Assembly: GCA_000091165.1 (NCBI GenBank)
Contig: FP565575.1
Coordinates: 870,001 to 902,000, forward strand
Reading direction: 5' to 3'
From: Candidatus Methylomirabilis oxygeniifera
GTDB lineage: Bacteria > Methylomirabilota > Methylomirabilia > Methylomirabilales > Methylomirabilaceae
Length of the DNA stretch: 32,000 nt
In this document: in pieces, positions 1 to 8,196 of the stretch
Numbering within the stretch: the first letter of the stretch is position 1
Layout of the letters: each line of letters begins with the position of its first letter
Made by a program: the position numbers and the translations under genes
The notes under the pieces: model-generated
Told to the model about the DNA's origin: nothing
Databases searched by the model: none
Seen by the model: the letters and a program-made list of their open reading frames with translations, nothing else

Positions 1-455
1 TTGCGCACGCCGAAGAGGCGTTTCCCGAGGAGGCCTGTGGTATCGTGATAGGCAAACCGGGCGATCCGAATACGAACCTTGTTCGCAGATGCGGAAATCT
101 GGCGAATCAGTATCACCTGGACGATCCGACTCGGAATCCGAGAGATGCAAAGACCGCCTACATCATGGACCCGAAGGACCTGCTGCGGGTTCAAAGCGAA
201 GCGGATGCGAAGGGCTTCGAGTTCGTTGTGCTCTATCATTCACACCCGGATCATGAGGCCTACTTCTCCGAGACCGATCGAGAGTTGGCGCTGTTCGACG
301 GTGAACCAGTGTGGTCTCGGCTGCGCTATCTCGTGGTATCGGTGAAAAATGGAAAGGTCTCGTATTTCAGGGTATTCGGTTGGGACACCATCGAAAAGCA
401 GTTTACGGCGGAGCCGTCCGCTGTCTTTGAACGAAAAGACCAGCCTCTCGTGTAG
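1..455 (+). CDS. JAMM/MPN+ zinc metalloprotease (Mec+/CysO-hydrolase or HcyD-like), 5'-partial
   Basis: Frame 3 is open from the window edge (AHAEEAFPEEACGIVIG...), so the true start lies upstream. It has the catalytic Glu context EEACG and a complete JAMM motif, HSHPDHEAYFSETD (HxHx7Sx2D). Confidence 0.85.
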   Translation, partial: AHAEEAFPEEACGIVIGKPGDPNTNLVRRCGNLANQYHLDDPTRNPRDAKTAYIMDPKDLLRVQSEADAKGFEFVVLYHSHPDHEAYFSETDRELALFDGEPVWSRLRYLVVSVKNGKVSYFRVFGWDTIEKQFTAEPSAVFERKDQPLV

Positions 456-538
456 AGCTTCTTGAGGGAATGATACGTGATATGCGGGGCGTTCGAAACT
501 GAGCCGGATGGTCGCGAGATGAATAGGAAGCCAAGGGC

Positions 539-1480
539 ATGATGAATCTTGACGCCGGGCAGATTACGCTCATCGCGATCACGCTCTTTGCGGCTGCCGT
601 CAATGGGGCGCTGGGATACGGGTTTTCATCGCTGACCGTCCCGGTTGCTCTCATCTTTTATTCCAACCGGATCTTAAATCCCGCCCTGGTGTTGGTAGAG
701 GTGGCGCTCAACAGCTACGTACTGCTTGTCAATCGACGGAGCATCCCGAAGATCTGGAAGAGGGTGCTGCCGATCGTGTGCGGTCTCATTCCTGGCGTCA
801 TCGCGGGGAGCTATGCCCTCTCGATGGCAAGTCCGGAATGGCTGAAGCTGATCACGTATCTCATCGTGCTGCCGCTAATCCTGCTGCAGGCGGCAGGGGT
901 AAGACGGCCGATCCGGTCTGAGCGGCTCATTGGCGTGCCGTTTGGCGCCGGTGTCGGCGTACTCTATTCGACAACCACCATCTCTGGTCCTCCGTTGGCG
1001 CTCCTTTTTAACAATCAGGGCTTTGTCAAAGGCGAGTTTCGAGCCGCCCTTGGCATGATCAGAATGGTCGAATCGACCGTCACAGCGACTGCGTATTATT
1101 ACCTTGGAGTGTACACTGCGGGGAGCGTAGGACTCCTGTGGTCGATCGTGCCGAGCGTGGCGATAGGGATCCCGCTGGGGGCCTACGTCATCAGCCAGAT
1201 GAATGCTGAAACATTTCGCAGAATCTGTATGAGCTTTGACGCCTGGGTAGTGGGCTTCGGCTTATCCAAGGTGCTGATCGATCTGAAATTGACGACCAGC
1301 CCGAGTGGTTACATTGTCTGGCTGGCCGTTATCGTGACTGATCTGACGTTACTCTACGGCTTCTTTACGAGGCAGCCTGAGATCCCGGTGGCCGCCTTGG
1401 CGGTCGATGTCCCTGACGGTAGTCCCAGGCTCATACCGCAGAAAACTCCGGCTGTGACCCCGGATGATCTGGCTACGTAA
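539..1480 (+). CDS. TauE/SafE (DUF81) family sulfite/anion exporter-like membrane protein
   Basis: 313-aa polytopic hydrophobic protein with Gly-rich TM segments (AVNGALGYGFSSLTVPVAL, GVPFGAGVGVLYS) typical of DUF81. It sits directly upstream of sulfite reductase. Confidence 0.65.
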   Translation: MMNLDAGQITLIAITLFAAAVNGALGYGFSSLTVPVALIFYSNRILNPALVLVEVALNSYVLLVNRRSIPKIWKRVLPIVCGLIPGVIAGSYALSMASPEWLKLITYLIVLPLILLQAAGVRRPIRSERLIGVPFGAGVGVLYSTTTISGPPLALLFNNQGFVKGEFRAALGMIRMVESTVTATAYYYLGVYTAGSVGLLWSIVPSVAIGIPLGAYVISQMNAETFRRICMSFDAWVVGFGLSKVLIDLKLTTSPSGYIVWLAVIVTDLTLLYGFFTRQPEIPVAALAVDVPDGSPRLIPQKTPAVTPDDLAT

Positions 1481-1528
1481 GTCTATTTCTAGGCCGTTGG
1501 CGGGCGATGAATGATGGAGAGGGTAATC

Positions 1529-3358
1529 ATGAATAATGCGAGCGAACCGGTGGACGCTGAGCAGCCGGCAAACGTTTTAACTCCGACTAATGGACGGATC
1601 AATCAAGAAAAGGCGCAGTCCGCGAACGGGTCGTCCTGGGCCAGTGAGGAGGACATCGACACCTTCGATCAGTTTGTCCGGAGATTTTGGAAGGGGGAGA
1701 TCTCCCCGGACGAATTCAAGCGGTTCCGCCTGCAGAACGGGATCTATGGACAGCGGCAGGAAGGGGAGCAGATGTTTCGGATCAAGATCCCGTGGGGCGG
1801 CCTCAGTGCGGCTCAATTGGAGTTACTCGCCGAGTTGGCGGCGAAGGCTCCGAATGGGGTAGCCCACGTCACGACCCGCCAGAACATCCAGCTTCACTTC
1901 ATCAAGCTCGAGCAGGTAACAGGACTGATGAGGAGCCTGGCCTCGGTCGGCCTGACGACCAGAGAGGCCTGCGGCAACACCGTTCGCAACGTCACGGTCG
2001 GGCACTGCGCCGGGGTCTGTCCTCAGGAACTGTTTGACGTGACCCCGTATGCTGAGACGATTGCGCGATTTCTCCTGCGCAATCCGATGAACCAGAACCT
2101 GCCCAGGAAGTTTAAGATCTCATTCTCCGGTTGCCCCGACGACCTTGGCCTCAGTCCCATGCAGGACATCGGCGCCTGCGCCGCGCTGCGATCTGCGGAG
2201 GGTAAGGAGGAGCGCGGATTTCAGCTCTATGTCGGGGGCGGATTGGGTCCCATACCACGCATCGCGGAGTTGCTTGAGGAGTTTACGTCGGCGGATCGGC
2301 TCCTTCCGACAGTTGCTGCCGTCGTACGCGTATTCGACCGCCTCGGTAATCGCGACGATCGGCACAAGGCCAGGATGAAGTTTGTACTGAACAAGTTGGG
2401 GATCGAGACGTTTCGGGCGTTGGTGTTTCAGGAGCGGACCGGCCTCGAATCCACAATGGCCGGGCAGTTCCCTCCTATTGTCATGTGGGAGAAGGTCCCG
2501 CTTCATCAGGCGCCGTCCGGTTCGACGGGCGCCCCCGTAGAGCCTGACGATTCTGCCTACCGACGGTGGAGGACTACCAATGTTCTGCAACAGAAGCAGG
2601 CCGGGTATACCATGGTCTGTATTCGCCTTGAACTGGGTGACATCACCTCAGCGCAGCTCCGAACCCTCGCCTTTGCGGCGCGCGAGTTCGGCGATGGTGC
2701 CGTCCGCAGCACGAACCAGCAGAACTTCGCTCTCAGGTGGGTTCCGTCCGGGCGCCTGCCTGCGCTCTATCGGGTACTGAGCGCCGTCGGTCTGGCTGCT
2801 CCCGCGGCCGAACGGTTGGCTGATGTGACTGCCTGCCCAGGCGCCGATACCTGCCAACTCGGAATCACCTCCTCCCGCGGCCTGGGCGCCGCTCTGGGAG
2901 CGCTTTGCGATGATGAACTGAAGGGTCTGGCGGATGAGACGGGGATTCGGATCAAGATCTCCGCCTGTCCAAACTCTTGTGGTCAGCATCATCTTGCAGA
3001 CATCGGACTGTATGGCGGCGCCAAAAAGTTCAACGGTCAACAGGTGCCGACCTACGAGATGTTGCTGGGCGCGAGGTTGACGCCTGGCCAGGCGAGCTAT
3101 GCCAAACCGGTAGCGCGGATTCCGGCAAAGAATGTTCCGGGCGCGGTGGAGGCGGTCCTCCTGCACTATCAGAAAGAGCGACAGGATGGGGAGTCGTTCG
3201 GCAGCTTTTTGGATCGGCGTGGGTTGGAGTCCGCAAAGACGGTTCTGGCGCCGTTCACAGAGCTGCCGCCGGCCTCCGAGGCGCCGGATCAGTATCTTGA
3301 CTACAATGCTGAAGAGGCGTTTTCCATTCATGTTGGTCCCGGCGAGTGCGCCTCGTAG
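1529..3358 (+). CDS. sir: Ferredoxin-dependent sulfite reductase (nitrite/sulfite reductase family, siroheme/4Fe-4S)
   Basis: It carries the Cys-cluster motifs TACPGADTCQLG and ISACPNSCGQHH, characteristic of the siroheme-[4Fe-4S] site. The NIR_SIR repeat architecture is duplicated. It is in one operon with cysH and sat. I placed the start at ATG 1529, behind GGAGAGG; the ORF is open from 1511. Confidence 0.85.
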   Translation: MNNASEPVDAEQPANVLTPTNGRINQEKAQSANGSSWASEEDIDTFDQFVRRFWKGEISPDEFKRFRLQNGIYGQRQEGEQMFRIKIPWGGLSAAQLELLAELAAKAPNGVAHVTTRQNIQLHFIKLEQVTGLMRSLASVGLTTREACGNTVRNVTVGHCAGVCPQELFDVTPYAETIARFLLRNPMNQNLPRKFKISFSGCPDDLGLSPMQDIGACAALRSAEGKEERGFQLYVGGGLGPIPRIAELLEEFTSADRLLPTVAAVVRVFDRLGNRDDRHKARMKFVLNKLGIETFRALVFQERTGLESTMAGQFPPIVMWEKVPLHQAPSGSTGAPVEPDDSAYRRWRTTNVLQQKQAGYTMVCIRLELGDITSAQLRTLAFAAREFGDGAVRSTNQQNFALRWVPSGRLPALYRVLSAVGLAAPAAERLADVTACPGADTCQLGITSSRGLGAALGALCDDELKGLADETGIRIKISACPNSCGQHHLADIGLYGGAKKFNGQQVPTYEMLLGARLTPGQASYAKPVARIPAKNVPGAVEAVLLHYQKERQDGESFGSFLDRRGLESAKTVLAPFTELPPASEAPDQYLDYNAEEAFSIHVGPGECAS

Positions 3359-3421
3359 TGGTTGGATGAAGCTGAGCGCTGTTTGCTGAACGCTTTTTTC
3401 AAGAGCATAAGAGGAGAGAGC

Positions 3422-4402
3422 ATGCGAAGACAGATCGTCACGCCGGTCCTGTGGATAGTTGGACTGGCGTTAGCAGCAGGAGTCGCGTGGATTGACCAGG
3501 CGTGGGCGTACGAAGCCTGGGTCACGAATCAGGAAGATCATACCGTTATCGTGATCGATACCGAGACGAACAAGGTGATTGATACGATTACGCCAGGCGG
3601 TAAGAAGCCGCATAATGTTGCTTTCTCGCCGGATGGCGTCCATGCCTTTATCGCGAACGCCGCATCCAACGATGTGAGCATGGTCGACGTAAAGACGAGG
3701 AAGCTGGTTGCCACACTGCCTGCGGGAATCAGAGCCCATGGTCCGGCGGTCTCTCCGGATGGGCGGCAGCTCTGGGTGGCGAACCCGGGATCCAATGACG
3801 TGACGGTCATTGATCTGGAGGGGCGACACACGATCGATACGATCGCGGTAGGAAAGGCTCCCGCACTTATCGTCTTCGACCCGAAGGGCGTACGGGCCTA
3901 TGTCAGCAACGGGGGCTCTGGAGATCTGTCGGTGATCGACGTGAAGAGTCGAAAGATCGTCACGACGATCGAAGCCGGTCGAGGCGCCATGGGGACCGAC
4001 GTGACCTGGGACGGCAAACTCCTGTTGGTCACAGCAGGAGATGTAGATCAAATCGACGTCATTCATCTCGTGAATCATCAGGTTGCGGCACGGATTCCCC
4101 GCGATGGCGAGCCTCATGGCCTGGTGATCTCGCCTGACGGCAAGCGGGCGTATGTGGCCAATCGTAAGGCTAATGTCGTGTCGGTCATTGACTGCAAGGC
4201 GTTGAAGATCGTCAAAGATATTCCGGCAGGCAAGCGGATCGACATCGTGACGATCACGCCTGACGGCCGTCGGCTCTACGTGACCAGCCGTGACACAAAC
4301 AGTGTCATTGTCATCGATACATTGACGGATAAGATTGTCGCTGAGATCCCGACAGGAAAAGATCCGCATGGGATCGCCATACTCCCTGCGAGTCATCACT
4401 AA
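3422..4402 (+). CDS. Secreted YVTN-family beta-propeller repeat protein
   Basis: It has about seven repeats of roughly 40 aa, for example PHNVAFSPDGVHAFIANAASNDVSMVD, AHGPAVSPDGRQLWVANPGSNDVTVID, PHGLVISPDGKRAYVANRKANVVSVID and IDIVTITPDGRRLYVTSRDTNSVIVID. The N-terminus is signal-like (MRRQIVTPVLWIVGLALAAGVAWIDQAWA). An AGGAGAG RBS precedes ATG 3422. Confidence 0.8.
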   Translation: MRRQIVTPVLWIVGLALAAGVAWIDQAWAYEAWVTNQEDHTVIVIDTETNKVIDTITPGGKKPHNVAFSPDGVHAFIANAASNDVSMVDVKTRKLVATLPAGIRAHGPAVSPDGRQLWVANPGSNDVTVIDLEGRHTIDTIAVGKAPALIVFDPKGVRAYVSNGGSGDLSVIDVKSRKIVTTIEAGRGAMGTDVTWDGKLLLVTAGDVDQIDVIHLVNHQVAARIPRDGEPHGLVISPDGKRAYVANRKANVVSVIDCKALKIVKDIPAGKRIDIVTITPDGRRLYVTSRDTNSVIVIDTLTDKIVAEIPTGKDPHGIAILPASHH

Positions 4403-4481
4403 ACTATACGTGTATCAGTCGATTGCAACACCTTATGCAGTGATGGGCATGAAAGTCCGAGGGGGACTCCCGCGTCGCGTT

Positions 4482-4571
4482 GTCATTGCGAGCGACCAAC
4501 GGGAGCGCGGCAATCTTACCGTCGTAGTCCTAAAAGACTGTGGGATTGCTTCGGCTTCGCCTCGCAATGAC
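4482..4571. repeat. REP/MITE-like extragenic palindromic element
   Basis: Outer inverted repeat GTCATTGCGAG (4482-4492) / CTCGCAATGAC (4561-4571), with a nested GCAATC/GATTGC pairing. It lies in the intergenic gap between the YVTN gene and cysH. Translating across it gives the junk peptide (VIASDQRERGNL...ASPRNDM) typical of such repeats. Confidence 0.6.
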
Positions 4572-4663
4572 ATGGGAGACTTTCGAAGTAATGATATGGT
4601 CGTAATCGGGCGTAGAACTGCGTGAACCGTGTATGCATTCATGTGTTCCAACAAGGAGGAATG

Positions 4664-5449
4664 ATGGCAGGAGAATCGGGAGTGCAGAGTGTGAATCAAG
4701 GAAGTGGAACGTTGTCTGCGGAGGAGGTGGCTGAGCTGAATCGACGACTTCGCGGCGCCACGCCGGAGGCCGTGCTTCGATGGGCGATCGATACGTTCGC
4801 CCCGAAACTGGCGCTCGCCAGCAGTTTTGGGGCTGAAGATATGGTGTTGATCGATATGCTGTCGAAGCTTCAGCCACCGATTACGATCTTTACCCTGGAC
4901 ACCGGACGGCTGCATGAAGAGACGTACGACGTAATGGAGCGGACCCGGGAACGGTACAAGGTGACGATTGAGAGCTATTTTCCGGGGCGAGACGCCGTAG
5001 AGGCGTTGGAGCGAGAGCGCGGGTTTTATTCCTTCCGGCAGAGTGTCGAAGATCGAAAGTTCTGTTGTCGCGTTCGAAAGGTGGAGCCGCTGGGCCGGGC
5101 GTTGAAGAGTGTTGACGCATGGATCACTGGGCTTCGGCGGGAGCAGGCGGCGACCCGCACCGCGATCGACATCGTGGAAATCGATGCGAGCCATGGCTCA
5201 ATCCTCAAGATCAACCCTCTCGTCGAGTGGACCGAGCCGCAGGTCTGGGCATATATCCGCGAGCACGATGTGCCCTATAACGCCCTCCATGATCAGGGAT
5301 TCCCCAGCATCGGTTGCTCACCATGCACGCGGGCTATCAAGCCTGGTGAAGATGTGCGGGCGGGACGATGGTGGTGGGAAAACCCCGAGACCAAGGAGTG
5401 CGGGTTACATCTCGACAGCCGGCATGGCGATCACGGTAAAAGCAGCTAA
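4664..5449 (+). CDS. cysH: Adenosine 5'-phosphosulfate (APS) reductase, Fe-S type (CysH family)
   Basis: The Cys-Cys pair (KFCCRVRKVEPL) plus CxxC (GCSPCT) is the 4Fe-4S signature of APS-specific reductases. The C-terminal catalytic ECGLH motif is present. An AAGGAGGA RBS lies just upstream of ATG 4661/4664. Confidence 0.9.
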   Translation: MAGESGVQSVNQGSGTLSAEEVAELNRRLRGATPEAVLRWAIDTFAPKLALASSFGAEDMVLIDMLSKLQPPITIFTLDTGRLHEETYDVMERTRERYKVTIESYFPGRDAVEALERERGFYSFRQSVEDRKFCCRVRKVEPLGRALKSVDAWITGLRREQAATRTAIDIVEIDASHGSILKINPLVEWTEPQVWAYIREHDVPYNALHDQGFPSIGCSPCTRAIKPGEDVRAGRWWWENPETKECGLHLDSRHGDHGKSS

Positions 5450-5482
5450 GGCGAGGGGTCGATCTTAACGGGAGAGCAAATA

Positions 5483-6676
5483 ATGGCGGAATCGAAAGAA
5501 CTAACGGAGAATGAGGCGCTGACGCCGATCCTTCCGCATGGCGGGCGGCTCGTCTCGCGGGTACTGACAGGAGAGGCCAGGGCCGACGCGATCGGCAGAG
5601 CGCGAGATCTTCCGATGATCTCGTTGAACGCGAGGGCCATCTCGGACGTGGAATGCCTGGCCACCGGTGTGTTCAGTCCGCTCGAAGGGTTTATGAATCG
5701 AGCCGACTATGAGGGCGTAGTCCATGAAATGCGCCTGAAGAGCGGCATACTATGGACGTTGCCGATCACCTTGGCGGCGCCCAAGGATGATGTGGCTGGG
5801 CTCAAGCAGGGAGGCGAGGCGGCCTTACTCGGCTCGGACGGCGAACTGCTTGGTCTGCTTTCGGTGGAGGAGATTTTCCCTTATGATAAGCGAGCGGAGG
5901 CATGTCTGGTCTACAGCACCGAAGAGACGCGCCATCCGGGCGTCCAATACCTCTATCAGCGAGGCGATCTCCTGATAGGCGGTGCGGTCAGCCTGGTCCG
6001 GCCCCCGACGCTGCCTGGATTCGAAGACTATTACTACGTACCGACTGAGACGCGGCGGCAATTCAAGGAGCGCGGATGGCAGACCATCGTCGGGTTCCAG
6101 ACTCGCAACCCGATTCATCGATCGCACGAATACATTCAAAAGTGCGCGTTGGAGTTGATGGACGGTCTGCTGATCCACCCGCTGGTCGGTCGGACCAAAC
6201 TTGACGACATTCCATCGGAGATCCGCCTTCGTTGCTATCGCGCGCTTGAGGAACGTTACTTCCCGAAGGATCGCGTGATGCTGAGCGTGTTTCCCGGCGC
6301 GATGCGATATGCGGGCCCACGGGAGGCGGTCTTCCATGCTCTGGTCAGAAAGAATTACGGCTGCACCCACTTCATTGTTGGGCGGGATCCCGCTGGAGTC
6401 GGGGGCTACTACCATCCGTACGCAGCCCGTGACCTTTTCCTGCGGCTGAATCGCAATGAACTGGATATCACCCCGCTTTTCTTCGACGAGGCATTCTTCT
6501 GTCGTCGCTGCGATGGGATGGCGTCGGCCAAGACCTGCCCGCACGACGCTTCCGAGCGGGTTACGTTGAGCGGGACGCGCGTTCGCGAGCTCCTTCGGAG
6601 CGGCGAGCCGCTGCCGGAGGAGTTTACACGACCGGAGGTCTCGGAGATCCTGGCGGAATGGATGCAGGGAGTATAA
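5483..6676 (+). CDS. sat: Sulfate adenylyltransferase (ATP sulfurylase, homo-oligomeric type)
   Basis: It has the QTRNPIHRSHE (HxxH) and GRDPAGVG motifs diagnostic of ATP sulfurylase. Length is 397 aa. Confidence 0.9.
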   Translation: MAESKELTENEALTPILPHGGRLVSRVLTGEARADAIGRARDLPMISLNARAISDVECLATGVFSPLEGFMNRADYEGVVHEMRLKSGILWTLPITLAAPKDDVAGLKQGGEAALLGSDGELLGLLSVEEIFPYDKRAEACLVYSTEETRHPGVQYLYQRGDLLIGGAVSLVRPPTLPGFEDYYYVPTETRRQFKERGWQTIVGFQTRNPIHRSHEYIQKCALELMDGLLIHPLVGRTKLDDIPSEIRLRCYRALEERYFPKDRVMLSVFPGAMRYAGPREAVFHALVRKNYGCTHFIVGRDPAGVGGYYHPYAARDLFLRLNRNELDITPLFFDEAFFCRRCDGMASAKTCPHDASERVTLSGTRVRELLRSGEPLPEEFTRPEVSEILAEWMQGV

Positions 6677-7348
6677 TCAGAACTTCGGCAGCCGGGTGGT
6701 AGGGTAGTCGGCGTCGAACCAGTGGCCCATACCGCCCGGCACGTTGCCGACCCTCGGGAAGTGGTGATGCAGCAGGATACTGGCCGCCGTGCTGCTGCGC
6801 AAGCCCTCCGCACAGATCAGGACGGTCTCTCTGTGCGGATCGAGTGAGCCGGCGTGCTGCCAGATCTCTCCAAGCGGGATGAGCAGTGACTCTTGGATGT
6901 GGCCCCACTCCCACTCGAAGGGCTCACGCACGTCTATCAGCACCAGCTCTTCGGTGGCAGCGTGTAATCGTTGCCGGAGCGCGGCGGCGGATATCGGTGG
7001 CAGTGTAGCAAGCGGGAGCCCCTCGGCGCACCACGTAGCGATCCCAGTTGTGACGATACCCAGAAGAGGATTTCGGTGTATACCGTACAGGGCGTCCCTG
7101 GCGGCCTCGGCAACAGTTGCCTCGTCAGAGAAGAGTATGGTTGAGGGACCGGGCGGGATCGCAGTTGCGATACGCTCGGCAAGACTCTTACGACTGAAAG
7201 CAACATTGACACTTCGCGGAATATGGCCTGAGGCAAACGCGTCGTGCGGGCGCAGATCGATCAGCAACACGCCGGTCTCTAATGCGGCCTTCATCTGATG
7301 CGGCGTCAATATCGGTATCTCGGTCGGCATTGCGGTAGAATTCTCCAT
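6677..7348 (-). CDS. Tandem rhodanese-domain sulfurtransferase
   Basis: The protein has two rhodanese-like halves. The C-terminal half carries an active-site loop with Cys (LICAEGLRSS); the N-terminal half has no Cys. Its stop codon abuts the sat stop codon with a 0-nt gap, in convergent orientation. Confidence 0.75.
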   Translation of the reverse strand: MENSTAMPTEIPILTPHQMKAALETGVLLIDLRPHDAFASGHIPRSVNVAFSRKSLAERIATAIPPGPSTILFSDEATVAEAARDALYGIHRNPLLGIVTTGIATWCAEGLPLATLPPISAAALRQRLHAATEELVLIDVREPFEWEWGHIQESLLIPLGEIWQHAGSLDPHRETVLICAEGLRSSTAASILLHHHFPRVGNVPGGMGHWFDADYPTTRLPKF

Positions 7349-7460
7349 AAAAGCTATATCCGGGGTAGGGATTGGACTTTACTGTCTACCTGAGACAGTT
7401 TATACTCCACCGGATGAAAAGCTCAAGCGGAATCTACGCGGTCGATCTTCGAGAGAGGCG

Positions 7461-7700
7461 ATGACAAAAAAACGAGTGCACCTGACGTTCACCGGTAAGC
7501 TGACCGAGGAGCCGATCCTGTGGCAGTTGAGTCAGACATTCGATTTAGTGTTTAATATTCGTCAGGCTGATTTTACCGAAGGGATCGGGTGGATCATGGC
7601 TGAACTCGAGGGAGAGCCGCAGTCGCTTGAGAATGGGATCGAGTGGCTGGAGGCTCGCGGCGTCCATGTGGCGCCGATCGAGCAGGATATCGTCTCCTGA
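7461..7700 (+). CDS. Stand-alone NIL-domain protein (paralog 1)
   Basis: This 79-aa protein resembles the NIL domain found at the C-terminus of the methionine-transporter ATPase MetN. It is a clear paralog of the ORF at 7959-8195 (shared pattern ...EP[IV][IL][WY][QR]LS..F.L..N[IV]R.A..TE..G....EL.GE...L..GI.[WY]L...G[VI].V.P). A GAGAGAGG RBS is present. Confidence 0.55.
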   Translation: MTKKRVHLTFTGKLTEEPILWQLSQTFDLVFNIRQADFTEGIGWIMAELEGEPQSLENGIEWLEARGVHVAPIEQDIVS

Positions 7701-7716
7701 GTCGCGTGATTTGTGC

Positions 7717-7747
7717 TTGACAGGGGAAAGTCGTTTTGATTATATAA
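7717..7747 (+). promoter_or_regulatory. Sigma-70-type promoter for the riboswitch-controlled operon
   Basis: A perfect -35 TTGACA (7717-7722) is followed 17-18 nt later by TTATAT/TATATA (7740-7746). This puts the transcription start a few nt upstream of riboswitch helix P1. Confidence 0.6.
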
Positions 7748-7757
7748 CGAGCGTTGA

Positions 7758-7885
7758 CCTTTTCATCCAGAGTGGCTGAGGGACTGGCCCTGCGAAGCCA
7801 CGGCAACCGGTTTGCGGTTCACACCGGCAAACAGTGGTGCCAACTCCTACATCCCAGACACAGGGCGGGATGAGAGATGAGAAGG
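7758..7885 (+). promoter_or_regulatory. SAM-I (S-box) riboswitch aptamer
   Basis: P1 pairs CCTTTTCATC (7758-7767) with GATGAGAAGG (7876-7885). The conserved core is present: AGAGTGGCTGAGGGACTGGCCCTGCGAAGCCACGGCAACC ... GGTGCCAACTCC ... AGAGATGAGA. Confidence 0.9.
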
Positions 7886-7902
7886 AAGCCGTCGACTTCG
7901 AC

Positions 7903-7940
7903 AGCCCCTTCTCGCAGCCTTGAGAAGGGGCTTTTCATTT
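7903..7940 (+). terminator. Riboswitch expression-platform intrinsic terminator
   Basis: The stem pairs AGCCCCTTCTC (7903-7913) with GAGAAGGGGCT (7922-7932) and is followed by TTTTCATTT. The P1 3' strand GAGAAGG (7879-7885) is complementary to CCTTCTC (7907-7913). That gives a mutually exclusive antiterminator, so this is a transcriptional OFF switch. Confidence 0.8.
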
Positions 7941-7958
7941 CACAAAAGGGGTCATACC

Positions 7959-8195
7959 ATGCCGAAACGGATGATCACCCTCATCTATCCGCAGGCGCTC
8001 ATCAAAGAGCCGGTTATCTATCGTCTTTCGCGGGAATTCAAGCTTATTCCCAATGTCCGTCGGGCGCGGGTGACGGAGCAGACGGGCGAAGTACTGCTGG
8101 AGCTGGACGGCGAGGAGGGCGCGTTGAACAAGGGGATTGCCTACCTGGTCGGTCTGGGAATCAGGGTCGAGCCGACTCCAGAGAAGGGATGCTAA
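7959..8195 (+). CDS. Stand-alone NIL-domain protein (paralog 2), first gene of the riboswitch operon
   Basis: 78 aa (MPKRMITLIYPQALIKEPVIYRLSREFKLIPNVRRARVTEQTGEVLLELDGEEG...). It is a paralog of the ORF at 7461-7700. An AAAAGGGG RBS is present. Its stop lies 1 nt before the next ATG. The longer track ORF from 7920 would start inside the terminator, so I rejected it. Confidence 0.6.
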   Translation: MPKRMITLIYPQALIKEPVIYRLSREFKLIPNVRRARVTEQTGEVLLELDGEEGALNKGIAYLVGLGIRVEPTPEKGC

Positions 8196-8196
8196 G

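Noticed and set aside
3470-4399. Long antisense ORFs opposite well-supported genes. Examples are 3470-4399 minus (309 aa), 5825-6544 minus, 8518-9168 minus, 2648-3331 minus, 22586-23305 minus, 15123-15802 minus and 16250-16834 minus.
   Set aside because: Each is fully shadowed by a gene with diagnostic motifs on the other strand. Their translations are Arg/Pro-rich with no motifs. Such ORFs are expected by chance in ~60% GC DNA.
4335-4625. A 96-aa ORF spanning the gap between the YVTN gene and cysH.
   Set aside because: Its middle is the translation of the palindromic repeat (VIASDQRERGNL...IASASPRNDM). It has no RBS and overlaps the end of the propeller gene.
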